Shown one piece after another: positions 53,882 through 61,842 of a DNA stretch of 64,000 nucleotides. Location of the stretch: assembly GCA_964458645.1 (NCBI GenBank), contig CAYWJU010000001.1, positions 99,784-163,783 of the forward strand, in the 5' to 3' direction. This DNA comes from an uncultured Candidatus Peribacteria bacterium (GTDB lineage Bacteria; Patescibacteriota; Gracilibacteria; Peribacterales; Peribacteraceae). A program made the translations under genes and the position numbers. Position 1 is the stretch's first letter. Every line of letters begins with the position of its first letter. Under the pieces are notes generated by a model. It ran no database searches, had not been told where the DNA came from, and saw only the letters and a list, made by a program, of their open reading frames with translations.

Positions 53882-54253
53882 ATGTCTTCCGTACACATCT
53901 CTCGCTGGACGCTTCTGTCGGGTTTGGCGTTTGTCTTTGCGTATTTTGGAGTAGATAAATTCATCCACCCGACTCTTTGGATCGATTGGATGCCGACATG
54001 GCTGGATGGCCAATTTTCATTGACCTTGAGCCAATGGATGCAGGTTACTGCAGTTGCAGAAATCATCATTGCCGCCGCGCTGCTGTTTCCGGTGCTAATT
54101 GTGCAGCGTATCGCTTCGTTCTTCGCCGCAGCCCATTTGACTGCCGTGCTGACCCAAACCGGCTGGAACGACATTGCCGTTCGCGACATCGGCCTACTGA
54201 TGATGGCAACAGCCTTGTGGTACCTTCTGAAGGACGAGCGCGTCGTAAAGTAG
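53882..54253 (+). CDS. DoxX family membrane protein
   Basis: 123 aa, four TM helices, FAYFGVDKF at the N-terminus. Confidence 0.65.
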   Translation: MSSVHISRWTLLSGLAFVFAYFGVDKFIHPTLWIDWMPTWLDGQFSLTLSQWMQVTAVAEIIIAAALLFPVLIVQRIASFFAAAHLTAVLTQTGWNDIAVRDIGLLMMATALWYLLKDERVVK

Positions 54254-54336
54254 AGCAAGGGCTTGCTACTGCGAAAAATCAGATACATTCTTTGAAGAAT
54301 TTGCACATTTTGACAAAATCGTGAATTCTATGCGGC

Positions 54337-55515
54337 GTGAATTTTGCAGCACTCACCGGACTCGGGCATGAACACGTCACCGACCACGATTGGAGGAGTG
54401 CCGCCGAACGCTTTTTAAGCGGCGTTCGAGCCAATCCAATTGTCCGCTACACCGTAGGCAGCACATGCGAAGTTGCAACGAACTCCCTGCTCGGCGTCGC
54501 AGGTATGCAAGTGAGACTTCGACACAAAATAGAATCCGCCATGCGCTATGCCGACGGTACGACGTATCATCGATACTGCGCGCGCATGCGCGGAAAGGGC
54601 GACTGGAAGTTCCATGCAGATCTTCCGACTGCGCCGCAGATGTATCTCTCGAAGCAGGCTCTGGTCCGGCAAATCGATGTCGAAACGGACGCTCTGGAAC
54701 TGCCGTACCAAACATGCAGTTGGTTCCAAGCGCAATATCGAGCTGTCTTGCAGCAAGCAGAAAGACTGAGCGAGTTGGGCCGCGCATTCGCGAGCAAGAA
54801 TGACGCGCTCTACGGCGAATTAACAGGCAACGCACCCACTGGGAAAGTCCGTGCCTTGTTCACGCCACGATCAATTCACTTCCGGTGCGCAACAAAGGAT
54901 GACTGCGCAAAACTCATGTATCCCGATGAACGGACTCCCTCGCTGCAAGAACGTCGTGACGAAATTCGCACGAGCCGTGGCTCCCAGCGATTGTACAAAC
55001 TCCCTGCAACAATGGGCGGCGACAGCGTATCCATCACCGCGGAAAATGTCGAAGTGACGGCAGGAAAGGACGCATTCGGCACCTTTGACCACGAACAGGA
55101 ACATGCCTTGAATGCGTTCGCAAAACATCCGAGTACATCGCTCGGAAGAGCACCGCGGAAAGAAAGCGGCTTGGAATTCTGCGCGCGCATGGGAGTGGCA
55201 GACATGGTCAAGGAAGAGTGCATTGCCTGGTCGCTTCGTCCAAACGTGTATCTCCCGGGACTCTTCTTGGGTACCGGTGCCTCCTACCAGCCCGTCAAGC
55301 AGAGTGTGCGCCATCTGCGGGAAGCAAATGAAAGAAAAGCGCTGCTGGATATCTTCACACTCGAAGCCGGCCAACACCTTGCGACCCTGGTACCGGCTGC
55401 AGCCAACGCCGTAGAACTCTTGATGCACCGGTATCCGCGCGATCTGGTACGTGAAGTACTGCGCCTGAAACCCGTTCATGAATGGACTGCGGTTGCGGAT
55501 CAGTGGAGTTCATAA
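54337..55515 (+). CDS. hypothetical protein (392 aa, GTG start) with an HExxH motif
   Basis: HEQEH at nt 55090-55104. No TM helix and no other recognised motif. Confidence 0.55.
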   Translation: MNFAALTGLGHEHVTDHDWRSAAERFLSGVRANPIVRYTVGSTCEVATNSLLGVAGMQVRLRHKIESAMRYADGTTYHRYCARMRGKGDWKFHADLPTAPQMYLSKQALVRQIDVETDALELPYQTCSWFQAQYRAVLQQAERLSELGRAFASKNDALYGELTGNAPTGKVRALFTPRSIHFRCATKDDCAKLMYPDERTPSLQERRDEIRTSRGSQRLYKLPATMGGDSVSITAENVEVTAGKDAFGTFDHEQEHALNAFAKHPSTSLGRAPRKESGLEFCARMGVADMVKEECIAWSLRPNVYLPGLFLGTGASYQPVKQSVRHLREANERKALLDIFTLEAGQHLATLVPAAANAVELLMHRYPRDLVREVLRLKPVHEWTAVADQWSS

Positions 55516-55537
55516 GCCTCTGCCCTATACTCCGCGC

Positions 55538-56404
55538 ATGCCGACCGAAATCCGAAAAGGGGAACTTGCCGCGCTGTCATCGGCGCTGCTGTGGAGCACG
55601 TTTCCGGTGCTTACTGCGGTGACTGTCGCGCGCCTGTCGCCACTGTTTTCGGCCGCAATCGCCACTGCAGTAGCCGCCGTCTTCTTCGCGGTTGTTCTGA
55701 CCGTACGCAAACGCTGGAATGAGCTGCGGCTGCGTTCGGCCTGGAAAGACATGGCCATGGCAACGTTGTTCATCGGCATTCTTTTTTACGGGCTCATCTT
55801 CACCGGATTCCGCTTCACGACCCCGGGCAACGGCGCGGTGGTGGCGCTCATGGAAATTTTCTTCACGTTCGTCATCGTGAACATACTCTGGAAACACGAG
55901 CGGTTCGTACCGCTACATGCAGTCGGCGCGCTGCTCATGATCACTGGAGCATTGTTCATCCTCCTGCCGAAATGGAGCGGCGCGCTGAATGGCGGCGACC
56001 TGCTCATTTTACTCGCCACCCTCTTCCCGCCAGTGGGAAACGTGTTCGCGCAACGGGCGCGGCGCGCCGTGAACGGCGAAACGCTGATGTTCGTACGCAG
56101 CGCAGTCGGATGCGCCTTCTTGTTCGCGCTGGCATTCGCACTGGAGCGCGCGCCGACGATGGCCGACATAACCAGTGTCTGGTGGCTGTTGTTGGTGAAT
56201 GGCATCTTCCTTTTAGGACTGTCGAAAATTCTGTGGCTGGAAGCCCTGCACCGCTTGCCCATTGCCAAAACACTCGCGCTGACCGCCAGTGAAATCTTCG
56301 TCACATTCTTGTTGGCTTATGTATTCCTGCATCAGAACGTGACCCCGCAACAACTCTGGAGCGCAATACCGATGATCTGTGGGTTGTTTTTGTTGATGAA
56401 ATAA
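55538..56404 (+). CDS. EamA/DMT family transporter
   Basis: Start set at MPTEIRKGELAALSSALLWS. About ten TM helices. Confidence 0.8.
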   Translation: MPTEIRKGELAALSSALLWSTFPVLTAVTVARLSPLFSAAIATAVAAVFFAVVLTVRKRWNELRLRSAWKDMAMATLFIGILFYGLIFTGFRFTTPGNGAVVALMEIFFTFVIVNILWKHERFVPLHAVGALLMITGALFILLPKWSGALNGGDLLILLATLFPPVGNVFAQRARRAVNGETLMFVRSAVGCAFLFALAFALERAPTMADITSVWWLLLVNGIFLLGLSKILWLEALHRLPIAKTLALTASEIFVTFLLAYVFLHQNVTPQQLWSAIPMICGLFLLMK

Positions 56405-56459
56405 AACAACATCTCAAAAAAGTTCTTACCGAAGAACAACACTGTGGTCATGACAAGAT

Positions 56460-57863
56460 TCACAGAAATTTTTCCACTGCAGTCACCATGCAAAATGCTC
56501 CGAAGAACAGGAATGTGCAGATCATGACCAGGTTTCTCCAGGGTGCAGGCCTGAGTTCGCGAGCAAGAATTCGGTTATTCATCCAAAGAAGAATGCCTGT
56601 GTACACAAACATGCTGAATGCATTGGCCATGGCACCAAGTACGATCAGCGTAAGGGGCTGATCGAAACCCAAAAGAAACACTGTGATGCCGAAAAGAATT
56701 TGCAACCAGAGCACCACGTAGTAACTGCGCGATACGTTGTGTGTCTTCTTTGGCGCCAGGAGGAGGGCATTTTCGGTGATAATCCGGCTTGTTGAATCAA
56801 GCACCGTAAGCTGGGTTGCGCACAGCATCGTCCCGGTAACAACCAAGAAGAGCGAGCCGAACAATGGCAAAGTCTCCCGACCGATTGCAGCCGCCTCATT
56901 TACGACAAACGCGATGCCACTGGCGTTTCCCTCCAACCCGAAGGTTGTTGTGAATGCCAGGAGCGAGAGCGTGAGCATGGTAAACAGTCCGAGGAGCCAA
57001 AATACAAGTGCATGCTCCTTGTTGATAAGCGCCCACCACGCCCGGAACTCCCGCAAGCTTTCGGGAGTGACGTCGAACGTATTTCCTGTGAGCGAAGATA
57101 CCTTCTGCCCCTTGCCGGACACCACTCCTGTGATTGCATCGGCATATGCACCCATTCCGTAGCCTTTATCACGCACGTAACACGACTGAGCCAGGTTCAA
57201 ATTCCCGCCAGCTCCGGCATAGGCCAGCGCGCCCAAGAATGTGCCAAAAACAAGTCCTTCCGGAAAAAAGAAATAGGGCACGCCCCCCTGAGAACCGATG
57301 CCAACAAGCCCCTTCGCAAGCATGCTGAGATCGGAAGCATCTGCCAGGTAATACGTGAGAATAGCAATGAATGGCACTCCAATACCGATAAGATATTTTT
57401 GCAGCGTCTCCACGGTCTTATAGAGAACGCTCCCGAGTGTCAGTATGGCGCCAATCGCTAGGAAAATGCCCACTCCCAGTAGCTTGGGATCGACTCCTCC
57501 TAGGACATGTGAAAAAAGTGTTGCCCCATACAAGCCGATGCCCGGCCATCCGAAGCCCAGAAATGTCGAGGCAATGAACCAGATGGGATACCACCTCCAC
57601 AATCGAGCAAAGCCCACAAAGACGCTCTCTCCATTGATAAGGGCGTATCGCTCCACCTCCATATTGATAAAGAACTGCATGGTAATACCAATCAGTATTC
57701 CCCATACAATTCCAAGGCCATGATTGCTGGCCATATACGGCCAAAGAACTACTTCTCCGCTTCCAAGACCAAGGCCCAGAAGAATAAAGCTGGGTCCTAG
57801 GACCTTTCGCAGTGCGGGGGCTTTTGGCAATACTTTTCGACCAAGTGGAAGTGCGAACTGCAT
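56460..57863 (-). CDS. Nramp-related divalent metal transporter family protein
   Basis: 467 aa, 11-12 TM helices, N-terminal GPSFILLGLGLGSGEVVLWP resembling the Nramp TM1 motif. GC is slightly lower than the surroundings. Confidence 0.6.
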   Translation of the reverse strand: MQFALPLGRKVLPKAPALRKVLGPSFILLGLGLGSGEVVLWPYMASNHGLGIVWGILIGITMQFFINMEVERYALINGESVFVGFARLWRWYPIWFIASTFLGFGWPGIGLYGATLFSHVLGGVDPKLLGVGIFLAIGAILTLGSVLYKTVETLQKYLIGIGVPFIAILTYYLADASDLSMLAKGLVGIGSQGGVPYFFFPEGLVFGTFLGALAYAGAGGNLNLAQSCYVRDKGYGMGAYADAITGVVSGKGQKVSSLTGNTFDVTPESLREFRAWWALINKEHALVFWLLGLFTMLTLSLLAFTTTFGLEGNASGIAFVVNEAAAIGRETLPLFGSLFLVVTGTMLCATQLTVLDSTSRIITENALLLAPKKTHNVSRSYYVVLWLQILFGITVFLLGFDQPLTLIVLGAMANAFSMFVYTGILLWMNNRILARELRPAPWRNLVMICTFLFFGAFCMVTAVEKFL

Positions 57864-57890
57864 GCAGGATTATGATAATCTATAGCTATT

Positions 57891-58112
57891 ATGAAAAGAA
57901 GCACCTGGGAAACAATCCGATACTTTGCAAAGAATATCTCCATCGTCATTGGCCTTGTCATGATTTGGCGTGGCATCTGGTATGTCCTGGATTTCCTTGA
58001 TCTCGTTCTCTTTGGCAATCAACACCTCATCACGGGAATAGGCGGCATTATCGTCGGTCTTCTCATCCTCTATCTGCCGGACAACGATTTAAAGGAAATC
58101 GAAAAACTCTAG
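57891..58112 (+). CDS. small membrane protein (73 aa)
   Basis: Two hydrophobic helices. Divergent from the transporter gene. Confidence 0.45.
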   Translation: MKRSTWETIRYFAKNISIVIGLVMIWRGIWYVLDFLDLVLFGNQHLITGIGGIIVGLLILYLPDNDLKEIEKL

Positions 58113-58211
58113 GCGAATACAATCCGCTGCGAGATGCAGGTACTTCGTACGATCGAGAGGAATCCCCTTTCGGGCTGAGAAATACTTTGGCTTCTGTTAT
58201 TGGATTATTCA

Positions 58212-58287
58212 TGGTGTCACGGGCCGGGCTTGAACCGGCGACCCTGGGCTTATGAGTCCCATGCTCTACCAGCTGAGCTACCGTGAC
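58212..58287 (-). tRNA. tRNA with anticodon CAT (elongator Met, or Ile2 if modified with lysidine), CCA encoded
   Basis: GTCACGG TA GCTC AGCTGGTA GAGC A TGGGA CTCATAA GCCCA GGGTC GCCGG TTCAAGC CCGGC CCGTGAC A CCA. The G1-C72 pair argues against an initiator. Confidence 0.88.
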
Positions 58288-58364
58288 ACGGATTTCTGGT
58301 AACAATGATGACAACAGCGGTCGAGCGGTCCCCTTTTTACCACGCCCGGCGGAGCCGGGCTAGG

Positions 58365-58384
58365 CAGCTGAGCTACCGTGACAC
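58365..58384 (-). repeat. perfect 20-bp duplicate of the tRNA-Met 5' end (positions -2 to +18), 95 bp upstream of the gene
   Basis: GTGTCACGGTAGCTCAGCTG (minus strand) occurs at 58365-58384 and at 58270-58289. The upstream copy is followed by CCTA and the hairpin GCCCGGC-TCC-GCCGGGC (58344-58360). Confidence 0.85.
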
Positions 58385-58466
58385 ATGCTGGCGCAAATCA
58401 CTCCAAAACATGGAGCCCGCCGATTATGCAGCATAATGCCTCTGCGTTGAAGTGCATTTGAAACGT

Positions 58467-59633
58467 CTAGAGCGAATCATAGATCGAAAGCGCCTGACTA
58501 CAGATATCGTTCTCTGGGCCGGCAAAGTTGTGGCAATCGGCCCGTAATTGCTCCCTGGACCACTGGAGCTTTCCCTGGAAATACCCGACTGCAGAACGTA
58601 TGCAGAAGGTCCGATGCTCTGGAATATTCAACGCCGAACAAAATGCATACGCCGAACTGCCGTCATTGAATGCAATCACCGACGACCGGACGGTGCTGTC
58701 GATGCACCGCTGCACATGCTCTCCGCTCAATTCTTCGCAAAAGCGCACAGCATGCTCCGGGTGACCTTTCCGAATGAAGATCAAATCGAACTCACGTGAA
58801 TATCCTTCGATGCAATCCCCTGCCAGAGCACCGACCGACAAGCATCGCTCGGAAATCTGCTCCATGGTCATGCCGCGTTCCATCATGTAGGTCGGCTGAT
58901 AGTACCAACATGCAGATGCAGTAGGGCCTTCCAGTGTATCGCATGGGAAAAGCACGTTGTCGGGATTCAAATGGCGGCGACGCGTATCGGAAGCCGAAAT
59001 ATTCTCCATAGCAACGCCCGTGTAGCAGGTATACCGCTTCTCTTCCGGGAAGAGATCACAGAGAGAAAATGCTTGTGCCATGTCGTATTCGAGCGCAAAC
59101 ATGAGCGCATGACCGGCTCCGTGCACGCACTGATCCAACGTGTGCTGCGTTGTGTCGGGCATCTCTTGCTCCAAGCACAGTCGCGGAATGGCGGCCTTCA
59201 CGTTTTCCAGATCGGGATGCTCCTCGCCGGCTGCCATTTGTTCCTCGGTGAAAAACATACGCTCAACCGAACCGTGCAAGCAGCCTGAAAAACAGGTGAA
59301 GTCACATTGAGCCAAGGCGTCCTGTGCATTTCCGGCCCGCTCGTAGTTGAGACGGCCGATGGCATGCGCAACGCTATGACACGCATTGTTCACGTTTTCG
59401 TTCACATGCATAGCGGCAAGAAGCTCTGCCAGAAGTTGGCGAGTGGTTTTGTCTCCCGCATAGCGCTGAATGAAATCGTCATAACACACCTGACGCCGAG
59501 GGCCTTCTTCTGCGCAACGTGCAACATCGGTGAACACGAGCGAGGGATCGTGCACGACCGTGGGTTCGGCACGCTGTGGCATTGAGCATGACGCCAGTAC
59601 GAGTAGGCCGACAAACAACCAAAGCCGCGACAT
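58467..59633 (-). CDS. Cys-rich lipoprotein (388 aa, about 21 Cys)
   Basis: Start set at MSRLWLFVGLLVLASC (lipobox). Repeated C.H..(A/G)H motifs (ACHSVAHAIG, QCVHGAGHALM). Confidence 0.65.
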   Translation of the reverse strand: MSRLWLFVGLLVLASCSMPQRAEPTVVHDPSLVFTDVARCAEEGPRRQVCYDDFIQRYAGDKTTRQLLAELLAAMHVNENVNNACHSVAHAIGRLNYERAGNAQDALAQCDFTCFSGCLHGSVERMFFTEEQMAAGEEHPDLENVKAAIPRLCLEQEMPDTTQHTLDQCVHGAGHALMFALEYDMAQAFSLCDLFPEEKRYTCYTGVAMENISASDTRRRHLNPDNVLFPCDTLEGPTASACWYYQPTYMMERGMTMEQISERCLSVGALAGDCIEGYSREFDLIFIRKGHPEHAVRFCEELSGEHVQRCIDSTVRSSVIAFNDGSSAYAFCSALNIPEHRTFCIRSAVGYFQGKLQWSREQLRADCHNFAGPENDICSQALSIYDSL

Positions 59634-59776
59634 AAAACAGAGCCACAGTACCATGAACGCCCCCGGCGACATGATTTCAGTGCTGTGGCCACTGTATTTC
59701 CGCATACCGTACAAAGGCTATTCGCTCTAACGAAACAGCCGCTTTTATGCTATAATGGAAGGAAAACTCTACACCA

Positions 59777-61729
59777 ATGTTACAGCGAACGCATCACTCA
59801 TTCGGCAGCACTTCTACTCGAGAACAGCAGCTTTGCCAGCAACGCTCCGGCCCCGAGCGTTCAGAGGCAACGCCAGAGGTGCCGCAGCGGCCGCTGCCTG
59901 AGCTTCGAAGTGACTTGCGTGAGTTGACCGAAAGCCAAGTAAAGGAATATCGAACGTTTCTGGAGCAGCAGGAAAAAGACTTTTCTGTGAATCCCAGTCA
60001 ACGTTCCTTGGATATTCGTGAGCCGATCATGGCCCGAGCCTTATGGCGCAGGGTCGGAGAACTGGCGGAGCAACAACATGCAGCATGTATGCGGCTGACC
60101 GGCGATGAGCGCACGAAAGCCTTGCAGGAATTTGCCAACCAAATGAAGGAGATCGAGGACAAACTGAAAACAATCGGATTTCGTTTTCTGTACCTGCTGA
60201 ATGACGAGAACCGCTCCTTTTCCATGGAAGGCATCGGATGGCATTACGCAGACCACTTCGAGTGGCTCATGGAACCGCATAGAAAGGAGCTTTCCACTGC
60301 GCGCGGCACGGTGCGACGCACGAGCGACTTGGATGGCGAAAGACTGCCGGGCCTGCGCAACTTTGCACTGCGCGAGCAAGCCGACCAACGTGTCGGGCGC
60401 ATACAGGAACAAATTCGTACATTGGAACAAGCCCGTAATTTTCTTGTGCGCCGACCACGCACGCATTTCGAACAAAACCGCTTCACCGCTCTTGAGCACT
60501 TCCGAAAAACGCGACAGCAGCCACCCGAATTACGTGTGGATGACACGCCGCCACCGCAGCAAGCCTTGGATGAAATGGGTTGGGCGCTCAGCTCATTGAA
60601 TGTAATCGATGGCGGTGAAGTCGGTTCACTCTGGCGAGAGACTGAAACTGAATTCCTGCGTATGGGTGTAGTCGCCACGTACAACGCCGACTACTCGATT
60701 GCCGGAGCAACCGTTGGCCAGCGCCGCCGGGTAAATGCAGCCGTACGCGAAAACGCCGGATGGGTGTTTGAAAAAACAGGACCGAATCGCTGGGAAAGCA
60801 GCCAGTTGCCGCATACCACGCTCACCGATGAGCAGATGCAAACACGTACCGCTGCGGTGCTGAATCCCCGCTTCCGCATTACATTGCGCAGACTGCAGGT
60901 ACGGGAAGATCGCAACGAAATAGAAGACGAAATCCGTGAGAGGGATTCGCGTGCAGAAATCGGCAGGCAAATGGAGCGTGCTGGCAGAATCGGAGGCGAT
61001 CGAAATACGGAAATCCAAGGCACGCTTGCCACTATGGAGGGCGAGCGTACTGCAACCACGCTGCGTACGTACAACGAAAGCCTGCGCATTCCGCCGGAGC
61101 GCGTACTGCGCCACCGGCTTGTACGCCTGGCGGAAACGGTGGAAGAGGGATTCGATAACCAGGAAACACCCGTCACTGCGGCTGTCGCGGAGATCAACAC
61201 GCTCTTTGTGGCTTTGCAAACGGCGGGGAAAACCACGGAGGCACGCACGGTGCTGGAAGGTATTTCCGCAAGACTGGCACGCCGGGGATACGCACTGAGC
61301 GAGTTCGAAGTCGGCAACAACCGGCAAGTACAAGTGCGACTGACCGAAGCGACGCCCCCATCCGTACCGCGAGCCGAGCGCAGAACTCCGCAGGGCCAAC
61401 AAAGGCATGAAGAAGGCTTGGCGATACTTAGGCGCCGCGCCGATATGGGCGCCTTCCGTGATTTGGCAACCGCGCTGCAGGCATACCTGAAAATCGAGAG
61501 CCGCGGTATTCAGGATACGGACGTACGGCGTGCGCTGGATGCCTCGAGTGCCGCTGGAAAAGTCGTGGAGGAACGCTACATGGCCATTCGCGAAAACGCG
61601 GCCGAGCTGCGCATATTCGAAGCTCAGTTGTCGCGCATACTGCTTGCGGCAGGGTACGACTACACCGGCTTCAGGAAATTCGGTGAGAACGACTACAGCC
61701 TGACATTCGAGTATCGCGGCGGACGCTAG
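59777..61729 (+). CDS. large orphan protein (650 aa), Arg/Glu-rich
   Basis: Uninterrupted ORF with genome-typical codon usage. No TM helix and no recognised motif. Confidence 0.65.
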   Translation: MLQRTHHSFGSTSTREQQLCQQRSGPERSEATPEVPQRPLPELRSDLRELTESQVKEYRTFLEQQEKDFSVNPSQRSLDIREPIMARALWRRVGELAEQQHAACMRLTGDERTKALQEFANQMKEIEDKLKTIGFRFLYLLNDENRSFSMEGIGWHYADHFEWLMEPHRKELSTARGTVRRTSDLDGERLPGLRNFALREQADQRVGRIQEQIRTLEQARNFLVRRPRTHFEQNRFTALEHFRKTRQQPPELRVDDTPPPQQALDEMGWALSSLNVIDGGEVGSLWRETETEFLRMGVVATYNADYSIAGATVGQRRRVNAAVRENAGWVFEKTGPNRWESSQLPHTTLTDEQMQTRTAAVLNPRFRITLRRLQVREDRNEIEDEIRERDSRAEIGRQMERAGRIGGDRNTEIQGTLATMEGERTATTLRTYNESLRIPPERVLRHRLVRLAETVEEGFDNQETPVTAAVAEINTLFVALQTAGKTTEARTVLEGISARLARRGYALSEFEVGNNRQVQVRLTEATPPSVPRAERRTPQGQQRHEEGLAILRRRADMGAFRDLATALQAYLKIESRGIQDTDVRRALDASSAAGKVVEERYMAIRENAAELRIFEAQLSRILLAAGYDYTGFRKFGENDYSLTFEYRGGR

Positions 61730-61780
61730 CTAGATCGCATGTGGCTTACTTCGCGGCAGGGGTTGTTGCGCCATGCCAAC

Positions 61781-61812
61781 AAAAAACCCCACCCGTCGAG
61801 GATGGGGTTTCT
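61781..61812. terminator. candidate bidirectional terminator between convergent large genes
   Basis: AAAAAACCCCACCC-GTCGA-GGATGGGGTTTCT. Confidence 0.5.
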
Positions 61813-61842
61813 CTGAAGACGGAATGCAATCTGGAGCAGTTC

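Noticed and set aside
56405-56459. A possible distal att repeat for a tRNA-Met-associated islet (TGTGGTCATGAC versus TGGTGTCACGG).
   Set aside because: Only about 8 of 11 positions match, with a shift. This is indistinguishable from chance, and the GC drop of the region is modest.
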